Positions 50,601 to 55,931 of a DNA stretch of 55,931 nucleotides are shown here, piece by piece. Made by a program: the position numbers and the translations under genes. The notes beneath the pieces were generated by a model, which made no database searches, was not told the origin of the DNA, and saw nothing but the letters and a program-made list of their open reading frames with translations. Origin of the DNA: a virus (Duplodnaviria > Caudoviricetes); IMG/VR virus record IMGVR_UViG_3300037487_002061, positions 1 to 55,931 of that record. One strand, given 5' to 3'. Position 1 is the first letter of the stretch. Each line of letters opens with the position of its first letter.

Positions 50601-53012
50601 ATCTTTGTCATTTTTTGCTGTCCCTAATCTCAATGTAGTATTAACCGCCGCTTCAAATAAAGCTCCAGAAGCAGCTCTTATAGCCCCTTTAAACCCTTCT
50701 CCTTTAGTAATTTCATCTACGGTATTTGGTTCTGCTGGTCTCAAACCTAAAGCCTCAGCTATAACTTTCGATTGATCAATAATATGTGTTCTAGCTATTG
50801 CTTCAATTTCATCAGATCCAAAATTTGTTTTAAAATTTTCTGCTAATCCAGCCATATTTGAAGCGGCAAAAGCATCAAATTTATAATTTAAGATAACTCC
50901 ATTCGTCTTATCATATTCTTGATTATAATTAATCCCTCTTGAATTATCATTTGGAGTCAATATTGTCGGCATTTTTTGAACCAAACTATTAACATTAATA
51001 GCTTGGTCAAATTTTCTTTCTTTAAGAACAGCTTTTTTTTCATCATCACTTAAAACAGAAGCGCTTCCTGTTTTTTTCAGAGTTTTTTGGCTTCGTATCT
51101 TTTCATTAAACGCCAATTGATCGTCAGTCAGTTTTTTTTGACCTTTTTCTAGAACAATGTAACCTGTAGTTGTATTTATTTTCCCTTGAGGTATAACAGC
51201 GTCCTCAACAGTGGGTTTGGCCGTTTTCCCAAAATTAGGAATAAAACCTTTTGCATAATGAGGTATAACAGCAGAATCTCCGTTTCTTCCAAAATTTGGA
51301 ATTTCGGTTTCTTGGTTATTCATTATGAACTTCTGTCCACCAATCGTTCCTTTGCCTTGTTTAGCTTTTACAGAAGAAGTCGCCCCAAGCATTCTTGCCG
51401 TAGCCTCTTCTGCCATATATCCATCCGCAAATCTTTTGCCACCTTTTCCAGAAAAACCACCACTTGAACTATAACCAGCAACACCTCTTTGAGCCGCCGC
51501 TGTAGCAATACTTCTTAATAATTGTTCTTGTTGAGTTAACAACGCATTTTCTCTTTGAATTGCGGCGATTATAGCAGCTTGTTTATCCGCTTGTGATATA
51601 GTCGTATTTACAATAGCAGCTCTTAACTGTTGGTCTCTAGATAAAAGACCTACAATGCCTCCTTCGATACTTTTGATTTTCTCTGATTGAGAACCAATAT
51701 CTAAAATTGTTTTAAAACCTTCTTTAGCAAATTTAGCAACAAGAGTAAATATCTTAAGAAACGCAGTTGTAATTAATATAAGTCCTGGACCTGATAGAAA
51801 AGCTCCAATTGTTTTGAGCAATCCTTGGATAAATTTATTCCCTTTTTCTGGATCAAGAGCCTCTTCTAAAAATGTTGAGAATGTATTTGCTAGGCTTAAT
51901 AAATTCTTAATAATAGGTCCGAAAGTAATCGTGCCAATTTTTTCTGACAAATTGACAAGCCCGACAATCAATGAATTAATTTGAGCGCTAATACTTTCAT
52001 TTAATTGAGCGTTCTTTGTAAATGCCTCATTGGTTGCTCCCGCTGCTGTTTTAGCTGCGGCTGCAAAAATTGAAGTATCTGATCCCAAATCTTTTAAAGC
52101 AGCACTAACTACGTTAATTTGGAAAACGCCACCAGCAAGTTCTTTTATTTGGTTGGCTACCGTAGGATCTGCTATCTTTTCTAAGGAGGCAGATAATGCT
52201 TGTAGTTTTTGAATGCCTGTTTGAGAAGAATCTATTTCGACTCCTAGTTCTTTTAAATCATCAATAACTTTTGCGCGACCTAATCTAGCGAAAATAGATT
52301 TTAATGCGTTACCAATAACCGCACCACCACGCGCAGTCTTCTGTTCTACTGCTGTAATAATGCCTAGAAGCTCGTCAAAGCTAACTCCCGCATCTTCTGC
52401 CGTCGAACCAGCTCTAGAGAAGCCATCTGCAAGATCTTGAGCAGAAACAGCAAACTTAGTATCGACTGCAACTAACTTATTCGTAATTTGCTCTGCTGTT
52501 AGTCCTGCGCTAGTAAATCCGTTAATAGCGGAGGTTAAAGCTTTAACAGACTTAACTGAATCAAGTCCAGAAACTCTTGTTAAAATGAGAGCGGCGCTTA
52601 ATCTTTTAGAAGTGTCTTCTGCGCTTAAACCTTGACGAGCAAGTTCTGCCGCAGCATCCGCTACAATTCCAAATGCTTGCCCAGTATCTTTAGCTACGGC
52701 GAATACAGAATCTCTTAATTGATTTAATTGATCGCTAGTCCCACCTAAAATAGAACCAATTTCATTAATTCTTTTCTCTACTTCAATTGTATTAGAAATA
52801 AGAGCAGAGAACGCTTGACTTACTCCGTTTAAAATTGTTGTAGTTGCACCGAAAGCAAAAACACGCGCCGTAGAAGCATCAAGAGATTTCTGGAATTCTG
52901 AAGCTTGACCCGTGATTCTTCCGAGTGCTTGCTGTGCTTGTTTCGAAGCCGCATTTAGACTCTGAGTGTTCAGAGTTAAGTTCGCATTAAGATTAATTGA
53001 GCCAGTAGCCAT
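44649..53012 (-). CDS. Tail tape measure protein (TP901-type core) with a central multi-domain cargo array
   Basis: N-terminal core ELARQG...AVSAQDLADG..RAG..A..AGVSFDEL...RGGAVIGNALKSIF, hydrophobic segments and coiled-coil C-terminus; eight G[FY][IV]PN[FY] motifs. Confidence 0.9.
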   Translation of the reverse strand: MATGSINLNANLTLNTQSLNAASKQAQQALGRITGQASEFQKSLDASTARVFAFGATTTILNGVSQAFSALISNTIEVEKRINEIGSILGGTSDQLNQLRDSVFAVAKDTGQAFGIVADAAAELARQGLSAEDTSKRLSAALILTRVSGLDSVKSVKALTSAINGFTSAGLTAEQITNKLVAVDTKFAVSAQDLADGFSRAGSTAEDAGVSFDELLGIITAVEQKTARGGAVIGNALKSIFARLGRAKVIDDLKELGVEIDSSQTGIQKLQALSASLEKIADPTVANQIKELAGGVFQINVVSAALKDLGSDTSIFAAAAKTAAGATNEAFTKNAQLNESISAQINSLIVGLVNLSEKIGTITFGPIIKNLLSLANTFSTFLEEALDPEKGNKFIQGLLKTIGAFLSGPGLILITTAFLKIFTLVAKFAKEGFKTILDIGSQSEKIKSIEGGIVGLLSRDQQLRAAIVNTTISQADKQAAIIAAIQRENALLTQQEQLLRSIATAAAQRGVAGYSSSGGFSGKGGKRFADGYMAEEATARMLGATSSVKAKQGKGTIGGQKFIMNNQETEIPNFGRNGDSAVIPHYAKGFIPNFGKTAKPTVEDAVIPQGKINTTTGYIVLEKGQKKLTDDQLAFNEKIRSQKTLKKTGSASVLSDDEKKAVLKERKFDQAINVNSLVQKMPTILTPNDNSRGINYNQEYDKTNGVILNYKFDAFAASNMAGLAENFKTNFGSDEIEAIARTHIIDQSKVIAEALGLRPAEPNTVDEITKGEGFKGAIRAASGALFEAAVNTTLRLGTAKNDKDQGNFDVRNPKIDEQKKLKDLFGNNSLPAPVADFKYSADSTKQSMAGKVYKEYREKIDPEINERRRLVKGAFEKALEKKKKQNKVVSGEDITKGITSPATSRPTRRASGGFIPNYVNPNYVSETLKRIKEGNSGFSKNEQEIFKNKFKGGKSLPVSSSKGAKISLREVFDKLDSEIGISGFIDKAYSSAGPTASTEKVFEEFNKQTKLNPAPLRNIVKSKGFVPNFAINGLDANLSNNVLAGRIFEALLRNETTINMTENKVGPDITSGSFAVREAKISGKSAYNDSNFGEGKPKGKGLVLPSNAISDYDDKLIRLRQADILRSNIPTTRLFGLAAEIKKREESKVTNRNNVPIYAPKGLITKGAAKIKGLKGFASGYIPNFSAINDAISREIGAGVNPSQVYVDQNNSLKNSGNPMGLMVANRRDEPQGGLQGIARARKEGVNAQTYGAAKGFIPNFAKESIPKIGKGSVPKIGKGSTTKSGNYIYDSDKLGPTLSKQVLSKILETPTKKRKDGIIGPSGAGKSTLAMGMGKFIRSLDDVKKADSFTLLSGSELAKTPTGISGQLQGVLNAIRDSGGTLKYLNVPDEEIEKRRLKRAENGSDDLRSQKQLENTSFIKKNQPEFIESLQKEMGDRFQYAARGFVPNFALNGSLKSAYDLYKKIPSGTIPSIAKTVATTNPINIAKTGLFAAKAAKAFGVSMPKGEKLNIESIWANLTKFVQDPEKLIKTKKDLMDAKTAVQTILRNDILRERFAKFAASRINTGLYNNKNVIVGTKDERPSGESKYVDVVNGKMNQSTNRPIGEGTSISELDELYLKYKLLGGTKSLKDYIKDYGGKKPSQFFQKKNGDLAFYQDSAEASQVIKSANSARETGMSNENEPRMIDEKGGFYGESPIMGGFTGKQKTINGKNVFSYKDVWDVDLNSTGEKILNDRYENKPAPSKKTLSSINSYQPANPSLGFDIAPYILRYLVSSIPKAKPAVFKGVVVDNDDDSDDFYAKGFIPNFSAINDAISREIGAGVEPSKVYVDQNNSLKNPMNPAGLMVANRRDEPQGGFQGINRAKKEGASIKTYGMARGFIPNFAEPPASGGMPDIDPMIAVRKRVEEMVDRAIPPIDPISKVSSQKGGGPASKGMSDTDATLAAFRKRMEELGATIAPLNKGATEAGKALSTIKPPDIGATPKPQDFGITDLGPPEKGGGDAKVNIGGRMMPVGAGNAALLRGRAEKAAMKGTFSMLPAGTMSPQAKPLKIDETTMSSKQRNRQSKPSLKDLFEFGGTTKANNVAKTAGEAGSKMGGTGGGMGGMGGMKSIALQMGLSALPSLLPAIKEEDSALKSAAINTISTTAQYTAMGASFGPVGAALGAIAGVAMGGYNAFKEASDAAAKAQKDLAESTIVVNAKMKGLDRMKDLTRSALGLSKVFDDNGNQTQESADALRNGYNSIISTYKSSGVSSKEITDAQQKAKAVLQSSTSSEEEKTQAEGEYTAILGNAMTKLSQIINNRAEEAQKLLNFQALSSALSKFSAALEKKAVTLDQQKFAEGIASNVTMPANAPYAEATKAAIGIEQKKTLATESKVGFMKEFTGEDFQKNLNMDSIKMDKLKGKSGAEISGAISKDVFSAYMKDGAIGAGKALDGYLKTNLKPEDAKTFKDNIISSAATFKNNVAESMQAALNRETEVQNNLSELIGKIKEAGTKFMAGGSGKINELMSGPKLDVLSLQDKIEEAGRLLKSGKKGDVEKGRDILRQTDGDQKEFAKRYGEEKLVQMQTDAGLTAKDTGLAIGSASMAATDLSGVEKAIRETFAGGELMETMKALKAAQGDPTKIQNFIDTVKKNAVTGSEKKAERGSDIVNSLTGLGKTGSTEKEIAAALAKKQITPERAEKLRERAKKESEQATATEDPESKALQNQQKALNVELETLKTKISELNSLFGDTGIPKAVESLTKSVKDAANNLAGFTDFTKNLSSLSNQVNGRLLDIEKQLGQAGK
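47361..49475 (-). repeat. Dispersed duplication of a 76-aa module (49230-49475 and 47361-47606)
   Basis: SAINDAISREIGAGV.PS.VYVDQNNSLKN..NP.GLMVANRRDEPQGG; 61/76 aa identical by manual alignment. Confidence 0.92.
49170..49216. repeat. 24-bp tandem duplication (PKIGKGS x2)
   Basis: AGATCCTTTACCAATTTTGGGAA occurs twice. Confidence 0.85.
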
Positions 53013-53021
53013 TTCTACTAA

Positions 53022-53027
53022 TTACAC
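53022..53027 (-). promoter_or_regulatory. GTGTAA motif, putative phage late promoter (one of 8 copies)
   Basis: GTGTAA-N9-ATG; also at 1685, 2328, 2593, 11318 (GTGTAT), 25956, 28601 and 32949. Confidence 0.7.
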
Positions 53028-53031
53028 AATA

Positions 53032-53913
53032 TCATGTTAAAAAGTCTTCGGCTTTTAAAGATCCGCCGTTTGCTGCGCTTTTTTCTCTTAAGTCTTCTAT
53101 TCCATATGTTGTCTTAGAATCAGAGGAACGATCTTTTTCGATATAATCAAATATTTTAACTGGATCATCGAGTATTTCGTCTGGAATAGAAACATTTTTA
53201 AATTTATTAAGCAGGGAATTTGCATATACTAATATATTTTTTTGATATATTGTTAAATTAAATCCAGACTTATCAAATACTATATGTGGTTGCCTATAGT
53301 TCAAAACAAACAATTCAAAAAATGATGTTGAATAAGCGGCATTTAATATATTTTTTTTATCTAGTAATTCTGACATTTTGTCAAATAACTCAGATATGTA
53401 TTCGTATGACTGCATCTCCCCCAATGGCTCTTCGAAATTTTGATCTTTAAAAAATGTCAAGAGCATTAATTCTCTTATTTTTTTATTTTGAGCAAAACTT
53501 TCGGCACTATAACTTGAGATTTTCGCCCTATCTTCTTTTATTTTTTTAAGGGCTAATTCTTTTTCATTGATATTCCCTTTAATTAAATATTTTTGCATGG
53601 GGTCCGACATCTTAATTCTTGCTTGATCCAATTTTTTAATTGACCAATCAAGAGATTTGATTTCTTCTTCTTTATTAATGCTCCAATAATTATTTTTTAT
53701 TGCTAAAGCTATAATTTCGTCTTCTGTTTTAATGCCAGACCTTTGAGCATCATTTATATATTCTTCGTACTTTTCGTCTAGAAAAATATAATCCCTTAAA
53801 GTAAGGTGTTTAAAATAAAATTTTTTACTATTAACATAAATTATGCTATAGCCGCGAACAATATCAATTAGAGCAGAATTTGCTTTTCTAAGAACATCGT
53901 CTTTATCCTTCAT
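53032..53913 (-). CDS. Putative tail assembly chaperone
   Basis: Helical protein directly upstream of the tape measure gene; likely ATG at 53913. Confidence 0.55.
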   Translation of the reverse strand: MKDKDDVLRKANSALIDIVRGYSIIYVNSKKFYFKHLTLRDYIFLDEKYEEYINDAQRSGIKTEDEIIALAIKNNYWSINKEEEIKSLDWSIKKLDQARIKMSDPMQKYLIKGNINEKELALKKIKEDRAKISSYSAESFAQNKKIRELMLLTFFKDQNFEEPLGEMQSYEYISELFDKMSELLDKKNILNAAYSTSFFELFVLNYRQPHIVFDKSGFNLTIYQKNILVYANSLLNKFKNVSIPDEILDDPVKIFDYIEKDRSSDSKTTYGIEDLREKSAANGGSLKAEDFLT

Positions 53914-54754
53914 CAGCTTGTTGATCTTCGGCAACTACTTCTGTCTTAGAATCAGCTAGATTTTCGGAAGACTCATTAGTTTCCGAAAACATTTCAACCA
54001 AAGACGCTTCAATGTCTTCTTGTTTTTCGGCAATCTTATTGTACCAAATACTGGCGACACGGACAAGAGTCGTGAAGGCCTGATCGAATATTCCCTTTAC
54101 CTTTAAAAGAGATTGGTCAGTGATATCTTCTACTGATTCGCATAAGCCTAAATAAGCTAGACGTTTTTCGTCAAAATTATCGCCTTGGAAAAGTTGAAAT
54201 AATTGCTTTTTACTATCCACTTCTTCTTCGTAGTAAGAAAGGCTGAATACCAACCATTCAATCAATTTCTGTTCTGCTTTTGCATCAGCGGTCTGAGAGA
54301 ATTGAGAGCGCATTGCTTGTTCGTATTCAAGAAGATTATTTTTGGTGATGACAAAAGATTCTTTTGCTTCGACAAGCTTTTCCTTTTGATCATCATTTAG
54401 ATCTTTTGCTCCTCCGTAGAATTCAATAACCCTAGAAGCTTCAAAATTATCAAGAATGGACTTCTGAAGACTTTCAACATTTATTTTAGATGTGATTCCT
54501 CCAATGTCTCCCATTTTTTTGTTTAACATTGCCTTGGTTAGAAATCCAGAATTAATAAATTCATTGAATTTTTGACCATAGAAGAATTCGGCTTCTTCAA
54601 TAGTCGCCATAGACGGCTTAACAAAAACAATACGATTACTGGTTTCCTCTATAATCTTTTTTGTTGATTCAACAGCTTCTCCCTTTACCTTTTTGACATA
54701 TGGGACTGTTTTTTCTATTTTTCTAGTTGCGGAAAAGCTATAAATTTCTTTCAT
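53903..54754 (-). CDS. Putative tail assembly chaperone
   Basis: Helical acidic protein paired with the preceding entry; both have a G(I/F)xT...coiled coil...(S/T)A(E/D) layout. Confidence 0.55.
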   Translation of the reverse strand: MKEIYSFSATRKIEKTVPYVKKVKGEAVESTKKIIEETSNRIVFVKPSMATIEEAEFFYGQKFNEFINSGFLTKAMLNKKMGDIGGITSKINVESLQKSILDNFEASRVIEFYGGAKDLNDDQKEKLVEAKESFVITKNNLLEYEQAMRSQFSQTADAKAEQKLIEWLVFSLSYYEEEVDSKKQLFQLFQGDNFDEKRLAYLGLCESVEDITDQSLLKVKGIFDQAFTTLVRVASIWYNKIAEKQEDIEASLVEMFSETNESSENLADSKTEVVAEDQQADEG

Positions 54755-54758
54755 TTTC

Positions 54759-55223
54759 TTAAAGTGATAAAGTTCTTAGTAACTTATTATCGCTAGAAAC
54801 TAAATAAATTCCATCATAATCTGCAAAAGAATAAAAAATATCTCCTATTTTATCATTAACAGAGACCAAAGCAGTCGAATTATTTATTTTGTCGAATTCA
54901 ATGCAATTAACCAAAGCCAATGAATTTTTAAAGGGTAAATAATTAGACATTAAAACATCATTATAGAAATAACTTATTCTTTGCCCACTGTCGAATAAAT
55001 GGCAATTTAATGTAAATTGAGCGCCGCTACTATAACCGCCAAAAAATGTTCCGCTGTGATCAAATATATATCCGCTATATCCAGAAAATCCAAATCCCGT
55101 TATGAAAGAACTTCCGCTTAAATTGCCTAAATGAAATGAAAATCCAGATTCTGGAGAATTAATAATAAAACTTGTGTTTATTACGCAATCATCAAAAAGA
55201 TCAACTGGAGTATAAATTTTCAT
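54759..55223 (-). CDS. Virion structural protein
   Basis: Likely start MKIYTP at 55223 (TAATG overlap); SG-rich. Confidence 0.6.
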   Translation of the reverse strand: MKIYTPVDLFDDCVINTSFIINSPESGFSFHLGNLSGSSFITGFGFSGYSGYIFDHSGTFFGGYSSGAQFTLNCHLFDSGQRISYFYNDVLMSNYLPFKNSLALVNCIEFDKINNSTALVSVNDKIGDIFYSFADYDGIYLVSSDNKLLRTLSL

Positions 55224-55931
55224 TAGAGTGGAAGATAGTTTAGAGTAACATGCAGGGTTTTTGCAGTTCCAGAACATGGATCACCAAAAGTAATATTATT
55301 CGCAACGATGCTACCAGTGGTTTGACCAACAAATACACCTGCGACAAGAGTACTTGAATTAGATGCATGACAAGTGCCTTGAACAGTGCTAGTGCCGTTT
55401 CCATAACTTGCGTATGCTACTGAAGAGAAATAATATCCAGATGGAGCAGTTAAAGTTAATGTGACATTTTCTGCCGCAGATCCAGAAAGAGTGGAAACCG
55501 CCGAAGCAACGGTAATACTCACCGAAGCGGTCGTTGAACCGCCAGTATTCGTGGCGGTGACGGTGTAGTTGGTGGCGGCAACCACAACTGTCGGTGTGCC
55601 GCTGATCACACCTGTGGTAGTGTTCAGCGAGAGTCCCGCAGGAAGTGGGGGTGAGACCGCGTAGGAAACCACCGCTCCACCGCCGCTGGTTGGCGTGTTG
55701 TTCGTAATCGCCGTGCCATTGGTGTAGGTGGCGGGGTTGGTGGAGTAAGTCAGCGCCGAAGGTGCGACTGCATTGACCCTAATGCTCAACGTAACTGGCG
55801 CTGCACCGCCAGTATTCGTGGCGGTGACGGTGTAGTTGGTGGCGGCAACCACAACTGTCGGTGTGCCGCTGATCACACCTGTGGTAGTGTTCAGCGAGAG
55901 TCCCGCAGGAAGTGGGGGTGAGACCGCGTAG
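55223..55931 (-). CDS. Partial protein with putative Ig (He_PIG-like) repeats and a C-terminal SUEL/Gal-lectin-like domain
   Basis: LPAGLSLNTTTGVISGTPT...YTVTATN repeats; ASYG...CHASNS...FGDPC.GT.K.L. Confidence 0.82.
   Translation of the reverse strand, partial: YAVSPPLPAGLSLNTTTGVISGTPTVVVAATNYTVTATNTGGAAPVTLSIRVNAVAPSALTYSTNPATYTNGTAITNNTPTSGGGAVVSYAVSPPLPAGLSLNTTTGVISGTPTVVVAATNYTVTATNTGGSTTASVSITVASAVSTLSGSAAENVTLTLTAPSGYYFSSVAYASYGNGTSTVQGTCHASNSSTLVAGVFVGQTTGSIVANNITFGDPCSGTAKTLHVTLNYLPL
55538..55931. repeat. Exact duplication with 267-bp period
   Basis: 55538-55664 is identical to 55805-55931 (127 nt, truncated by the window end). Confidence 0.95.

Noticed and set aside
47361-51248. 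CRISPR-like or DGR-like DNA repeat array
   Set aside because: The repeats are in-frame with synonymous variation and 228-1074 nt spacing; no reverse transcriptase is seen and the mismatches are not adenine-specific.
44728-52212. Plus-strand ORFs antisense to the tape measure gene (and similar shadow ORFs elsewhere, e.g. 6-260, 802-1164, 6116-6559)
   Set aside because: Antisense shadows of well-supported genes with no recognisable motifs.
53880-53960. Programmed frameshift between the tail chaperones
   Set aside because: No clear X XXY YYZ slippery heptamer near the overlap, and the second gene has its own ATG at 53913.

Overview
A 56-kb AT-rich segment of a large tailed dsDNA phage genome (no tRNA, rRNA, CRISPR array or integrase seen). 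It contains virion/tail genes at both ends and a full replication/recombination block (RecA, DnaB, primase, PD-(D/E)XK exonuclease, Clp-type AAA+ ATPase). The DNA polymerase III alpha is fragmented into a PHP gene, a DEDDh exonuclease gene and two dnaE halves joined by a naturally split intein. Also present are class Ia nrdAB, a sigma70-family factor, about 14 glycan-biosynthesis genes and a tail module with a 2787-aa tape measure protein. Main observations: (1) the tape measure protein carries a central array of unrelated cargo domains (nuclease-like, P-loop kinase-like, a duplicated 76-aa module) punctuated by eight copies of a G[FY][IV]PN[FY] motif, suggesting a virion-delivered, possibly processed polyprotein; (2) a split DnaE intein at the GRG/SAAG site, with a probable fossil endonuclease between the halves; (3) a GTGTA[AT]-N8-9-ATG motif and sigma70 promoters abutting start codons, implying leaderless transcripts; (4) a frameshifted FkbM gene, an ATT-start epimerase and a high-GC Ig/lectin repeat. 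All family calls come from motif recognition by eye, not database searches.
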